DNA of 64,000 nt, from contig DATLRW010000197.1 of assembly GCA_035534495.1 (NCBI GenBank), forward strand, positions 1,561 through 65,560. The letters are read 5' to 3'. Of this stretch, positions 9,065-21,349 are shown in pieces (positions within the stretch are counted from its first letter, which is position 1; each line of letters starts with the position of its first letter). Below the pieces are notes generated by a model. That model searched no databases. It saw nothing but the letters and a program-made list of their open reading frames with translations, and was not told the DNA's origin. The position numbers and the translations under genes were made by a program. This DNA comes from Candidatus Dormiibacterota bacterium (GTDB lineage Bacteria; Acidobacteriota; Terriglobia; Acidiferrales; UBA7541).

Positions 9065-10648
9065 CTAGCTGCGCGCGCCGCCATTCGCATCGAGCGTGTG
9101 GCGCAGATGGAGGAAGATCGACCGGTCGAACTCGTACGCGCCGGCTTTGGGGAGGTTCTGGGACAGCGCGTTTCCTTGCTGCCATGATTCGAGCGCTTCC
9201 TCCCGCCGATTCTCGATCCAAAAAATGGCGAAGCGCGCCAGCCAGTATTCCGTGCAGTCCCGGCGTGCGTTCTTGGCCTCCATGAGATCCCACCAGTGAC
9301 GCGCGCGGGCGGCATCGGGATCGAGGAACACATAGGCGTACACGAAGTAGGCCAGCAGCTCGCCGGGCATGTCCGAAGCGGACTGCTCGAACACCGTTTC
9401 CGCCTGGGCCAAAGCCTCCAGCGCTTGCGGTATCTGGCCGCTGTCGAACAGGTACAAAAATAAATACATCCGCAACAAGAATGCCTGATGCCCGCTCGGG
9501 ACGAAAGCGGCGGCGCGCCGCAGAACCCCGGCGTCAAAATCCCTCGCCCGCAGCGGGGTGACCAGGCTGGAGCCCACCATCAGGAAGGCCCGGTGCACGT
9601 CGTTCCAGGGGGCGTGGGTCAGCAGCTGGTAGATGTGGGCGCCATGGGAATAATCGGCTTCCGGAAGGATCGGCGCTAGATTGGTGGCAAAGGAGACCAG
9701 CGAGATCAGCGCGACCAGGCCCAGTCATTGCCAGGCCGGTTCCCACGGCCGGCCCTTGGCCGCGAACATCGCCCCCATCGCCGCCAGGCCCAAACACAAG
9801 TTCGCCGCCGGTCCGGCGGCGATCATGCACACCTCGCGCCAGGGCGAATCGGTCAGCCGGGTCGGCACCAGGCCGGCGCTGCCGCCCGTCAGGGAGAGAA
9901 TATTCGCCGGTTGGAATTGGAACGTCCATTGGCCCTCCCGGATGTGCCAGCGAAATGGCCCGACGGTGAACGCGCGCAGGCGCATCCCCAGGGCGCGGCC
10001 GACGGCGGTGTGGCCCAGTTCGTGGACGGCGACCACGAAAAGATCGGCGGCGAACAGCTCGACCCAGAACCAAAGCCCAAGACTCGGTGGTAAACCGCGG
10101 GCTTCGCCCCACGGGCCCAGCCAGAAAAGTCCCGCAAGCACAGCCGCGATTCCGCCCAGTTGCACGGCGATATCGACCAACCCGCTGGTGCCGTCGCCGG
10201 GCCGGCGAGACGACCGGGGGGCTTGAGCGGCCACCTGCGGCAGCACATCGCAGCGCGAGAAGACCACCACCCCGGCAACCCCGGTAAAGAGGAGGAGCAA
10301 CGCCGGTATGGCCAATGAAATGAAAACCCTGCCGCCGGCCGGAAACCGCCAAAAGAGCAGGAGAGGGATCAAGCCGAGCAGGATATTGAGGATGCTCGCG
10401 GCAATCGCCCAGGCGCTTGCGTGAGCGGCCGTCTTTCGCGTGGTCCACCAGGCTGTCGCGTAGACAACTGCCGCGACGGGAGGCAGCAGAGCGAGCCAGA
10501 CAGTCATGGCCGCTTGCGGCCCGTGGAACGCCGCTGCCCCCAGGTGCAGAAAATAGGGGATATATCTCAGGTTGGCCAGAAACATCCAGCCGAAGACAAA
10601 CGCCGCGGCCGCGAAACACCAGCTCAGGAACTTTGCGAGTTGAGACAT
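9065..10648 (-). pseudogene. M50-family (site-2-protease-like) membrane metalloprotease with a C-terminal helical-repeat domain, interrupted by one in-frame TGA at 9727-9725
   Basis: Track ORFs 9725..10648 (multi-TM, HELGH zinc motif) and 9065..9598 are in the same frame. My translation of the gap reads ...PWEPAWQ*LGLVALISLVSFATNLAPILPEADYSHGAHIYQLL..., so only a single stop separates them. The second conserved M50 motif region (NxxPxxP...D.) lies after the stop. Confidence 0.6.
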
Positions 10649-10764
10649 AGCAAATAGATAAGGGGAGCAGACTAGCCCCGCCGGGGGCGAAGGTCAATTC
10701 CCCGCCGAAGTCGAATGCCGAAACGGCAACCCGGCGGCCTTGCGCTCGGGACAGTGCAGGGAAC

Positions 10765-12486
<1,722 letters not shown>

Positions 12487-12566
12487 CGAACGCCGCGCCG
12501 GAATATCCGGGGTCGAAGCAGACCCGCCACAAACCCGGCTGTTTTGGGTATTTCGATCTTATGGCC

Positions 12567-12592
12567 AATAAAAGCCGCGCCGCAAGCGCGGC
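12567..12592 (-). terminator. Rho-independent terminator downstream of the TolC-family gene
   Basis: The minus-strand transcript reads GCCGCGC-UUGCG-GCGCGGC followed by UUUUAUU. This is a 7-bp all-GC stem (12574-12580 / 12586-12592) with a 5-nt loop and a U tract (12567-12573), about 100 nt after the stop at 12693. Confidence 0.7.
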
Positions 12593-12692
12593 AGCCGGAC
12601 AGGGAAATGAAAAAGGGCCGTACCGGATTCCGAAAAACCTCCTTCTCCGGTTTGCCGGGCCGTTCGCTGATCGGGTCGCTGAGCGGGTGGCC

Positions 12693-14600
12693 CTATTTCG
12701 GACTCGGCTCGTGCGCGTTTCCCGCGGGGCTGTTGACCGGAGTCCCGGGGATGAGCGGCGGTTGGACTACGTGTCCGGAAGCGGCGTCCGCAATCGAGAT
12801 GTTGTGAATGTGAAGTGTGCGGCCGACCGCCTCGTTGAACGCCACGACCGCCTCGATCAAGCCGACCTTGGCCTGGATTTCGTTGCCCTGCGCGGTGGCC
12901 AGGTCGCGTTCCTGCAAGATGACGTTGTAGTCGGTCGAGGTGCCGTATTGGAACTTTTTCTGCTCCGCGTCGAGCGACTCCTGGGCCAGCTGCCTCGCTT
13001 TGACCGCTGCTTGCACGTTGGCCAGGCCCTGCTGGATGGCGATCTGGGCGTTACGAACCGACTCGGCAATGTTGTTCTTGAGAGACTGCAACGACAGCAG
13101 GGATTCGCGCTGTTGCAGCTGCGCCTGGGCGCTGGCGGCCTGCGCGGCGCGGTTCCGGAGGGGGAAGCTGAGGGTGAGCGCGGCCGAGTAGGTGGGGAAA
13201 TTCTGGTTGATCAGCGTGTCCCAGGAATCCAGCAGGCCCGCCGGGAGGATCGTCGTCTGGCCCGTGACGATCTCTTTCGAATTGCCCGCCAAGCCCTCGG
13301 TGCTGTAATTGCCGGAAAGCGTCAGCGTCGGCAGAAGCGCGTTTCGCGTTCCCTTCACGGCGATGTTGGCGTTGTCCAGAGCCAATTCCTGCGCGAGCAG
13401 GTCCGGCCGGTCTTTCCACGCCTGCTCGACCGCGTCCCGGTACGGGATCATGTTGACCTGCGGCGGCGTATTGATGCTCGCCGTGGGAACCACCTGAACA
13501 TTTTCGAGTCCAGCCGCCATCGGATTGCGCGTAATCAGATTGAGCAGCGCGGTCTGCTGCTGCAGTTCGTTCGTCTGGGCGACGATCAGGGCCTGCTGGC
13601 TGCTCGCCAATTGCGACTGCGCCGTGACTACATCGAGCTGGGCCAGCGTTCCGATCTGCAATTGCTTCTGGGTGTCTTGCAGATTTTTCTGGGCCCAGTC
13701 TACGGCGGTCTGCTGCACGGCGACATCGGCCCGCGCGTAGACCAGGTTCCAATAGGCGTCTTCCACGCTGGCGACCACCGCCATGACCTGGTTCTCCAGC
13801 GTGTATCGGGCGGCCTGGGAATCGTTCTGGGCTTCGAGGATGAACTGTGTATTCGGCAAAAACCCGAAGCCGTTCAAAAGCTGCTGTTGAAAACTGAAAG
13901 ATAGCGTCGATTGCACATCGGGATTGAAGAAGACCGCCGGCGATGTCGACGACGCTCTCGTGTTATTGAATCCCAGCGAAAACAATGTCCCCGATTTAAA
14001 CCCCTTCGTGAAGGCGAAATTGGCCTGCGCGTTGTGGGTGGTCAATCCGTTTCTGGTCAGTACGCCCGTGCCTGAAATGAAGGGGTTGTTGACCGGGATG
14101 GACGCCCGAGCCAAGCCCAGGGTCGCCGAAACGATGGGATCGAAGCTCAATCCCGGCGGGCCGGCGAGCGTCTTGAGGACGTTGGTATCGGCAATCCAGG
14201 CGATGTAGCGCTGGACCCCGATACTCAGATTGTTTTCGATCGCGAGTTGGATGGCGTCCTGCAGGCTCATTTGGAGTTGACCCTGGCGAATCAACTGGTC
14301 GAGCTTCGGCGAATTGACCATCACCGGCTCGGGCACCTGCTGCTGCTCGAAGGGCATGAGGGTCTTCGGGAACCAGGGGATGTCCTTCGCGTAATTGGGG
14401 CCGGCCGGGATGATCAGCGGCGCGCTTGGCGCCTCGGCGGCCGCCGGGGCCTGCTGCGGCTGCGGCGGGGACGCCTGCATCTGCATCGTCGGCGAGGAGT
14501 GGTTCTGAGCGGCCAGGCTTGCCGGCGTTGCCAGAGCGGCCAGCACGGACAGAATGACTGCCATCCTCGCAAACATGGCAAACATGGGCTTCTTGCTCAT
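12693..14600 (-). CDS. TolC-family outer membrane efflux protein
   Basis: 635-aa ORF with a signal peptide (MAVILSVLAALATPASLAAQ) and two tandem OEP-type repeats with long Q/A/L-rich helical segments (LDVVTAQSQLASSQQALIVAQ and DYNVILQERDLATAQGNEIQAKVG). Confidence 0.85.
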   Translation of the reverse strand: MSKKPMFAMFARMAVILSVLAALATPASLAAQNHSSPTMQMQASPPQPQQAPAAAEAPSAPLIIPAGPNYAKDIPWFPKTLMPFEQQQVPEPVMVNSPKLDQLIRQGQLQMSLQDAIQLAIENNLSIGVQRYIAWIADTNVLKTLAGPPGLSFDPIVSATLGLARASIPVNNPFISGTGVLTRNGLTTHNAQANFAFTKGFKSGTLFSLGFNNTRASSTSPAVFFNPDVQSTLSFSFQQQLLNGFGFLPNTQFILEAQNDSQAARYTLENQVMAVVASVEDAYWNLVYARADVAVQQTAVDWAQKNLQDTQKQLQIGTLAQLDVVTAQSQLASSQQALIVAQTNELQQQTALLNLITRNPMAAGLENVQVVPTASINTPPQVNMIPYRDAVEQAWKDRPDLLAQELALDNANIAVKGTRNALLPTLTLSGNYSTEGLAGNSKEIVTGQTTILPAGLLDSWDTLINQNFPTYSAALTLSFPLRNRAAQAASAQAQLQQRESLLSLQSLKNNIAESVRNAQIAIQQGLANVQAAVKARQLAQESLDAEQKKFQYGTSTDYNVILQERDLATAQGNEIQAKVGLIEAVVAFNEAVGRTLHIHNISIADAASGHVVQPPLIPGTPVNSPAGNAHEPSPK

Positions 14601-14945
14601 CAGCTTCTCCGCATCACATTTTAGTCCGGGCGAACTTGTATCACCTCTATTGAACGCGACTGGGGAGGCTTTTGTTACCGGAATTTGTCGGAATGTGGCC
14701 GCCCGGTAGCCTACATGCCCCCCTGCCCGTCCTGTTCTTTTTGGCCTTTTACGCGCGACGGGCCTGCGCCGTGGCCCCGAACAGGCCCGGAACGGGTCGC
14801 GCCGCCCGGCCCGCTCCCGGTTGCGGCCAAAAGCGTCCGGGCGCGGCGGGGGGCTTTCGTTGGCAGCTCATTCCGGGCATGTTAGGTCGATCCGTTTGAC
14901 ACCGGGCGGCTTGCTTCGTACATTCAAGCGGACAAGAGACCAACT

Positions 14946-15593
14946 ATGAACCCTCAACAAATCCAACAGATGCTTGAACGCGTGGGCGCTGTTCGCCACG
15001 GTCATTTTGTGCTTTCTTCCGGCCGCCACAGCGCGACCTACGTCCAGTGCGCGCTGGTTCTTGCCCATCCCGAGCTGGCCGAAACCCTTGGCAAGGCCCT
15101 GGCCGAGCGATTCGCGGGCATCGAAATCGACGTTGTGATTTCGCTCGCTCTCGGCGGTCTGATCCTCGGGCACGAAGTCGCTCGCGCGCTCGGCGTGCGC
15201 GCCTTGTTCGTCGAACGGAACGCGGACGGGCAGATGGCTCTCCGCCGCCAGTTTCAGCTCCAGCCGGACGAACGCGTTCTGGTGATCGAGGACGTCTGGA
15301 CGACCGGCAAATCGACCCGCGAGACGATCGAAGTCGTCGAAAAGCTGGGCGGCCAGGTCGCGGCGCTGGGCTCCCTCGTGGATCGCAGCGGCGGCCGGCT
15401 GGAATGGGAAGTGCCGGCGCATTCCCTCCTGGAAATCGGCATCCCCAATTACGAATCCGACGACTGTCCGCTCTGCCGCTCCGGCGACGTTGCCGTCCGG
15501 CCGGGCAGCCGCTTCGAGCAGGCCCCGAAGCCTGGCAGCGGGCCGGCGCAAGGGTTCCGTCCCGGCGAACCGCGGTCGTCGAGGCACCGATAG
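14946..15593 (+). CDS. pyrE: Orotate phosphoribosyltransferase
   Basis: 215-aa ORF. HGHFVLSSGRHSATYVQ and the PRPP-binding loop VLVIEDVWTTGKST. Confidence 0.9.
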   Translation: MNPQQIQQMLERVGAVRHGHFVLSSGRHSATYVQCALVLAHPELAETLGKALAERFAGIEIDVVISLALGGLILGHEVARALGVRALFVERNADGQMALRRQFQLQPDERVLVIEDVWTTGKSTRETIEVVEKLGGQVAALGSLVDRSGGRLEWEVPAHSLLEIGIPNYESDDCPLCRSGDVAVRPGSRFEQAPKPGSGPAQGFRPGEPRSSRHR

Positions 15594-15738
15594 CGATACG
15601 CCGGTTTGCGGGCCTGTTTGCGCCGGGGTGGCCGCGTGAAAGCGGCTTTGGTATCCGGCCGGAGGGGACCCGCCGCCGGAAATCGCCGGCGCTCGCGCGA
15701 ATCCAACGGACCGGCTATGCGCCGCGCTTTTTCCCCCG

Positions 15739-16569
15739 ATGAGGAACATCAAGCTTACCCTCGGCTACGACGGCACGGAATTTAACGGCTGGCAAATCCA
15801 GCCCGGCCGCCGCACCATCCAGGGAACGCTCCTGGAGGTTGTCGAGCGCGTCACTGACTCTCGCACCATCGTTCACGGCGCCGGCCGCACCGACGCGGGA
15901 GTTCACGCTCTCGGCCAGGTGGCCAATTTCCACACCGCGTCCCGTTTGCCGCCCTCGGAATTCCGGCGTGCTTTCAACGCCCTTTTGCCTCCGGCGATCC
16001 GCGTCGTCGAAGCCGAGGAGGTCGAGCCGCGCTTCCACTCCCGTTGGGATGCGCTGGCGAAAACCTACCAATACCGGATTTTTCGGGGCCCGATACGCGG
16101 TCCTTTCCACCGTTTCTACACCTTTCATTACCCGTTCCCGCTCGATGCGGACGCGATTGCGCAAGCGGCCCGTCTGTTCGAGGGCGTTCACGATTTCAGC
16201 TCCTTCGCCGCCGCGGCGGGCACCGAAAGGGACGGCCGGGAAGCCAATCCCCTCCGCGAAATCTTTCGCTCGGAACTCGTTCGCTGTCCGTCCCCGTCCT
16301 TTTCATTTGCGCCGCCCGCCCGTCCCGGCCCGAGTGGCTGCGAGGACGAGATGATCTACATCGTGCGGGGAAAGTCGTTTCTCCGGCATATGGTCCGCAA
16401 ACTGGTCGGCACCCTCCTCGAAGTCGGCCGCGGCCGTCTCTCGCTCGACGACGTGCGCGGGTTATTCGATGTGCGGGATCGCGCCCGCTCCGGCCCGACC
16501 GCGCCGCCACAGGGCCTTTGCCTGATTTCGGTTGAATATCCGGAGCCGTGGCGAATCGATGCCGGATGA
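15739..16569 (+). CDS. truA: tRNA pseudouridine(38-40) synthase
   Basis: 276-aa ORF. LTLGYDGTEFNGWQIQ and GAGRTDAGVHALGQV (catalytic Asp motif) typical of TruA. Confidence 0.9.
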   Translation: MRNIKLTLGYDGTEFNGWQIQPGRRTIQGTLLEVVERVTDSRTIVHGAGRTDAGVHALGQVANFHTASRLPPSEFRRAFNALLPPAIRVVEAEEVEPRFHSRWDALAKTYQYRIFRGPIRGPFHRFYTFHYPFPLDADAIAQAARLFEGVHDFSSFAAAAGTERDGREANPLREIFRSELVRCPSPSFSFAPPARPGPSGCEDEMIYIVRGKSFLRHMVRKLVGTLLEVGRGRLSLDDVRGLFDVRDRARSGPTAPPQGLCLISVEYPEPWRIDAG

Positions 16570-16624
16570 AGACGGATCGCGAATCCGGTAGAATTGGCTT
16601 CAACGCCTGCCAGAGGAATCGCCG

Positions 16625-18196
16625 ATGAAAGCCGGGCCCGCTCGCGTCGAATCGTTTCTCGAATCGCTCGATCCTGTTACAGGCGAGGTCATCGGCCGCT
16701 TCGAAATCACCACGCCGGGCGAAATTCCCCGGGTCCTCGAACACGCGCGCCGGGCCCAGCGCGATTGGGCTCAGGTTCCCCTGCGCGAACGGGCCGGCCG
16801 GTTCGCGCGTCTGGCCGGTGTGCTCCAGGCGCGCCGCCGCGAGATCGCCGAAATCGTTACGCGCGAAAACGGCAAACCGCTGGCCGAGGCGCTTTTCTCC
16901 GAGGTCCTTGTCTCTCTCGATTCGGTTCGCTGGCACGCCCACGACGCCTGGCGCGGGATCGATTCCGAGCGTGTGCGCCACCACAGCCCCATTTTCTGGG
17001 GCAAAACAGGCCGGTTGGAATACGAGCCGTATGGGGTTGTGGCCCTCATCTCGCCGTGGAACTATCCGCTCGCGATCCCGCTCACAACCGCCGCCGCCGC
17101 CGTTCTCGCCGGCAACGCGGTTGTCGTGAAGCCTTCCGAACTGGTGCCCTGGTGCGGCGCCTTGCTGGGCGAGCTGTTCGATCAGGCCGGACTTCCCACC
17201 GATCTGGTTCAAGTCATCCAAGGCCCGGCGGAGATTGGCCAAGCCCTGATCGAAGCCCGGCCCGACAAGGTCATTTTCACGGGCAGCGCGGCCACCGGAC
17301 GCCGGGTAGCCGAATCCTGCGCCCGCCTCCTGATTCCCTCGGTTCTCGAGTTGGGCGGCAAGGACGCCATGATTGTTCTTTCCGACGCGGATTTCGACAC
17401 GGCTTCGCGGGCGGCCGTTTGGGGAAGCTTCACCAATTGCGGCCAGGCGTGTCTTTCGGTCGAGCGGATCTATGTCGAACCGGGCGCGGCTCCCCGTTTT
17501 ACCGAGCTGTGCGTCGAAAAAACGAAGCAGCTACGGCTCGGCCCCGGTCTCAAGCCCGAGACGGATATCGGGCCGATGATCCGGCTGCGGCAGATCGAGC
17601 ATGTGCAAGGCCAGCTCAAAGACGCGGTGGCGCGCGGCGCCCGCATCCTCACCGGCGGTCGCCACCGGCCCGACCTCGGTCCGTTCTTTTTCGAGCCGAC
17701 GGTCGTCGCCGGCGTCGATTCCTCGATGCGGCTGATGCAGGAGGAAACCTTCGGCCCCGTGCTTGCGATTCAAGCCGTATCGGACGCCGAGGAAGCCATC
17801 CGCCTCGCGAATGATTCCCCCTATGGCCTGGGGGCCAGCATCTGGACCGCCGACCTCGCGCGCGGCGCGGCCCTGGCCCGCCGCGTGCGTTGCGGATCGG
17901 CGATGGTCAACGACGTCATCAGTTGCTACGGCATCGCCGAAGCCCCTCACGGCGGCCTGGGGCTGAGCGGCTGGGGACGCACGCATTCTCGTTTGGGGCT
18001 GCGTGAAATGACGCGAACGAAATATATCGATGTGGACCGGTTTCCCGCGGGACCGAAACCCTGGTGGTTTCCCTACGGCACGGACATCCTCGATCTGGCC
18101 GATGCCGCTTTCGAAGCCCTCTTCGGCGCAAGCCCTGCCGCTCGCTGGCGCGGGATTCGCCAAGCCTGGGGCCGTTACCGGGCGCGCCGGCATTGA
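16625..18196 (+). CDS. NAD(P)-dependent aldehyde dehydrogenase family protein
   Basis: 523-aa ORF with ISPWNYPL, VVKPSE, catalytic Glu LELGGKDAMIV and catalytic Cys CGQACLSVER. Confidence 0.85.
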   Translation: MKAGPARVESFLESLDPVTGEVIGRFEITTPGEIPRVLEHARRAQRDWAQVPLRERAGRFARLAGVLQARRREIAEIVTRENGKPLAEALFSEVLVSLDSVRWHAHDAWRGIDSERVRHHSPIFWGKTGRLEYEPYGVVALISPWNYPLAIPLTTAAAAVLAGNAVVVKPSELVPWCGALLGELFDQAGLPTDLVQVIQGPAEIGQALIEARPDKVIFTGSAATGRRVAESCARLLIPSVLELGGKDAMIVLSDADFDTASRAAVWGSFTNCGQACLSVERIYVEPGAAPRFTELCVEKTKQLRLGPGLKPETDIGPMIRLRQIEHVQGQLKDAVARGARILTGGRHRPDLGPFFFEPTVVAGVDSSMRLMQEETFGPVLAIQAVSDAEEAIRLANDSPYGLGASIWTADLARGAALARRVRCGSAMVNDVISCYGIAEAPHGGLGLSGWGRTHSRLGLREMTRTKYIDVDRFPAGPKPWWFPYGTDILDLADAAFEALFGASPAARWRGIRQAWGRYRARRH

Positions 18197-18314
18197 ACGC
18201 GGCCCTTCATCGCCGCCGTCGGATGCTAATCTGTATGCGGCCGCGAAAGCGGCCCGAAAGTGGATCGGCCGCCCGGCTTGCATCGCGGCGCGGCAAGAGC
18301 GAAAGCGAATTCCA

Positions 18315-19556
18315 ATGGCCTCTCCGGCACCCCAGACGATGCGTCCTGCCGATCTATCCCGCGTGCCGTGCGTTCATGCGGCGCTCGAATGGATCGCCGG
18401 CCACGCCGATTGGATCACCGACCGCCAGATCGATCTCATCGAAATTCCCGCCCCGCCGTTCGGCGAAGCGCTCCGCGCACGCGCCCTGCGCGACCTGCTC
18501 GAAAGCTCCGGCTGGACGCCGCGCATCGACCGTGAAGGCAACGTCGTCGCCGAGTTGCCGGCTGCCCGCGACGGCGACGGCGACGTAGTCCTCGTCTCCG
18601 CTCACCTGGATACCGCCATGGTTCCCACCGGTCCCGTGCAGGTTCGCCGCGAAGGCTCGCGGCTCCTGGCGCCCGGAATCACCGACAACGGAGCCGGGCT
18701 GGCCGCCCTGGTGGCTCTTGCCTCCGCATTTCGAGCGGCCTCGATCAGGACCGGGCTGGGGGTGGTCTTTGCCGGCAACGTCGGCGAGGAAGGGGAAGGG
18801 AACTTGCGGGGAATCCGGTCGCTGGTGGCGGATTATGGCCGGAGGTTGAAGTCGGTGATTGTCATCGATGGCGCTTCACCCGACCGGATTGCGACCGCGG
18901 CCATCGCCTCGCGCCGCATCGAGGTGGCCATCACGGGGCCGGGCGGCCATAGCTGGGCCGACGCCGGCGTGCCCAATCCCATCCACGCCCTGGGCCGGGC
19001 CATCTCCCGCATGGTCTCGGTTCCGCTATCGGCGGACCCGTTGTCCACGCTCAACGTCACCGTCGTCCAGGGCGGCACGGCCATCAATGCCATCCCCTCC
19101 CGTGCGTCAATCAAAATCGATCTTCGCTCGGAATCCGAGGCCGAACTCGATCGTCTGGAAACCGAAGTCCGCCGCGCCGTCGACCTGGGCGCTCTGGCCG
19201 AGCGCGAATCGGCGCGCCGCAGCGCCCCCGCCCTGGCCGTCGAATTCCACAGGCTCGGCGCGCGCCCGGCCGGCCGTCTTTCCGCCGATTCCCCATTGCT
19301 CGGGGCGATTCGCGAAGTCGATCGCCACCTCGGCATTCACGCCGAATGCCAGGCGGCTTCGACCGACGCCAACGTTCCTCTCTCGCTCGGCATCCCGGCG
19401 GTCTGCGTCGGGGGCGGCGGGACCGGGGGTCGCGCGCACAGCGCGGAGGAATGGTACGATCCCGCCGGCCGCCAAATTGGCGTCCAGCGCCTTCTCCTCA
19501 CACTTCTGTTCATTTGTGGCGTCGGGTCTGGCGGCGGGGCCGGCGTCGATTCTTGA
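18315..19556 (+). CDS. M20-family metallopeptidase (peptidase T / deacylase-like)
   Basis: Start chosen at ATG 18315 (MASPAPQT) inside track ORF 18030..19556. Motifs SAHLDT, DNGAGLAAL, GEEGEGNL and GGHS are typical of M20 zinc peptidases. Confidence 0.8.
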   Translation: MASPAPQTMRPADLSRVPCVHAALEWIAGHADWITDRQIDLIEIPAPPFGEALRARALRDLLESSGWTPRIDREGNVVAELPAARDGDGDVVLVSAHLDTAMVPTGPVQVRREGSRLLAPGITDNGAGLAALVALASAFRAASIRTGLGVVFAGNVGEEGEGNLRGIRSLVADYGRRLKSVIVIDGASPDRIATAAIASRRIEVAITGPGGHSWADAGVPNPIHALGRAISRMVSVPLSADPLSTLNVTVVQGGTAINAIPSRASIKIDLRSESEAELDRLETEVRRAVDLGALAERESARRSAPALAVEFHRLGARPAGRLSADSPLLGAIREVDRHLGIHAECQAASTDANVPLSLGIPAVCVGGGGTGGRAHSAEEWYDPAGRQIGVQRLLLTLLFICGVGSGGGAGVDS

Positions 19557-19587
19557 TTCGCCGCTCTGTTTTCCGAACACGCAGCCG

Positions 19588-20511
19588 ATGAGCCGCCGTC
19601 TCCAAGCCGATCTATCCCTGGCCTTCTGCTCGCTCCTCTGGGGCGCGACCTTCGTGCTGGTCAAGGACGCGCTTTCGAGCGCCTCGGTCTTTGTTTTTCT
19701 GTTCCTGCGCTTTCTGTTCGCCGCCCTCGCCCTGGTTTTCATCTATCGAGCGGCCCTGCGCGATCTCAATCGCAGGGCGCTGGCTGCGGGGAGCCTTCTC
19801 GGTTCGCTCATGTTCGCCGGCTTCGCGCTCCAGACCATCGGCATTCGCTTCACCACCCCCTCGAAAGCCGCCTTCATCACCGGCGCCTCCGTCGTGATGG
19901 TTCCGCTGCTCCACGCCTGGACCAGCCGCCGCAGGCCCGGCCCGTGGGTTTTGGCGGGAGCCCTGGCCGCGTTTATCGGCCTCTATTTCCTCACCGTTCC
20001 CGCTGCCGGACTGGGCGATCTGAACCGGGGAGATTTGTGGGTTCTGGCCTGTGCGGTCGTTTGGGCCTTTCACATTCTAGCGGTTGGCCACTACAGCCCG
20101 CGCCTTTCCGTCGGCGCGCTCACCTTCACCCAGGTGGCCGTCGCGGCCGTTCTGAGTGCCGTGTTCCTGCCGTTGCTCCGAGCGACGAATCTGGAGATCC
20201 CCCGCCTGGCCTGGAACCGCGAGCTGATTCTTGCCGTTGTCGTCACATCGCTCGGCGCAACCGCCGTTGCGTTCTCGCTGCAGGTCTGGGCGCAGAAATT
20301 CACCTCGCCGGCTCACGTCGCCATTCTCTTCAGTCTCGAACCCGTTTTCGCCGCGCTCACCTCGTTCGCTTTCTACGGCGAGCGATTCACCGCGCGCGCC
20401 CTGGCCGGGGCCGCGCTCGTGCTCGCCGGGATTCTTCTCTCGGAACTGAAGGGCCCGGCGCCCGCCGCGCCCGAATCCGCCGTTCCGGAAGCCCCGGCGC
20501 GAGCCGGTTGA
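19588..20511 (+). CDS. DMT-superfamily transporter (EamA-type, two EamA repeats)
   Basis: Start chosen at ATG 19588 (MSRRLQADLSLAF) inside track ORF 18859..20511. About 10 hydrophobic helices in an internally duplicated EamA-like pattern. Confidence 0.8.
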   Translation: MSRRLQADLSLAFCSLLWGATFVLVKDALSSASVFVFLFLRFLFAALALVFIYRAALRDLNRRALAAGSLLGSLMFAGFALQTIGIRFTTPSKAAFITGASVVMVPLLHAWTSRRRPGPWVLAGALAAFIGLYFLTVPAAGLGDLNRGDLWVLACAVVWAFHILAVGHYSPRLSVGALTFTQVAVAAVLSAVFLPLLRATNLEIPRLAWNRELILAVVVTSLGATAVAFSLQVWAQKFTSPAHVAILFSLEPVFAALTSFAFYGERFTARALAGAALVLAGILLSELKGPAPAAPESAVPEAPARAG

Positions 20512-20697
20512 GACGCAGCGGAGAAATACCACCTTTTTTGTGACTCTCTGGTTGCGGCTTTCCGGCGGAAGGCCGGTCTCGGGCGAAGTGCCGGGAAAGG
20601 GCTTGCGTTGCCGCAGCGGTCCAGGCTGATTTCGGCCCTGGCTTCGCACATACTTCCGGCGATGCTTTGGATATTGGTTTCGGGAAATCAGCGGCTA

Positions 20698-21333
20698 CTA
20701 CGCCGCGGGATGGCTGAAATCGACGGGGGAGTGCTGCTCGGTTTCCGGGTGGTGGGAACGCTCGTAAGCGGCGATTTCCTTCTCGCTTTCGAGCGTCAGC
20801 CCGATTTCGTCGAGGCCCTTGAGCAACGATTCCTTGCGGAAATCGTCGATCTCGAATCTCAATTCGAGCCCCATGTCGTCGCGAATCGTCTGAGCGGACA
20901 GATCGATGTGCAGGGTGTAGCCGGAATTGGCTTCGGCGCGACGGAACAGTTCATCGACCTGGGCTTCGGGCAGAACGATGACGAGGATGCCGTTGCTCGC
21001 GCAATTGCTGAAGAAAATATCGCCGAAGCTCGGGCCGATCAGCGCGCGAAATCCGTATTCGCCAACGGCCCAGACGGCGTGCTCCCGGCTCGATCCGCAA
21101 CCGAAATTCTGGCGCGTCAGCATAATCGACGCGCCCTGGTAACGCGGCTGGTTCAGGATGAAATCCGGGTTGGGCTTTTCGCCGGGCAGGTAGCGCCAGT
21201 CGTAAAAGAGAACGCGCCCGTAGCCATCGCGCGTCACCAGCTTCAGAAACTGCTTGGGAACCATCTGATCGGTATCGACGTTGACGCGGTCGAGCGGGAG
21301 AACCAGGCCGCTATGTGTTTGGAAGGCTCGCAT
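20698..21333 (-). CDS. leuD: 3-isopropylmalate dehydratase small subunit
   Basis: 211-aa ORF with [15 protein letters not shown] and [11 protein letters not shown] motifs, directly downstream of leuC. Confidence 0.92.
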   Translation of the reverse strand: MRAFQTHSGLVLPLDRVNVDTDQMVPKQFLKLVTRDGYGRVLFYDWRYLPGEKPNPDFILNQPRYQGASIMLTRQNFGCGSSREHAVWAVGEYGFRALIGPSFGDIFFSNCASNGILVIVLPEAQVDELFRRAEANSGYTLHIDLSAQTIRDDMGLELRFEIDDFRKESLLKGLDEIGLTLESEKEIAAYERSHHPETEQHSPVDFSHPAA

Positions 21334-21349
21334 CGTTTTTATTCCAGGG

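Noticed and set aside
9725-9727. The in-frame TGA of the M50 protease gene could encode selenocysteine.
   Set aside because: I can fold no hairpin resembling a bacterial SECIS immediately downstream. The context (W-Q-TGA-L-G in a TM-like segment) is not a redox site. M50 proteases are not known selenoproteins.
18030-19556. Several track ORFs have long N-terminal extensions: 18030..19556, 18859..20511, 28890..30581, 30391..31740, 36655..38034, 45467..46531, 46584..47432 and 56911..58548.
   Set aside because: The upstream parts overlap the preceding genes and lack protein-like composition. Internal starts give N-termini that match the known families, so the shorter coordinates are used in the feature list.
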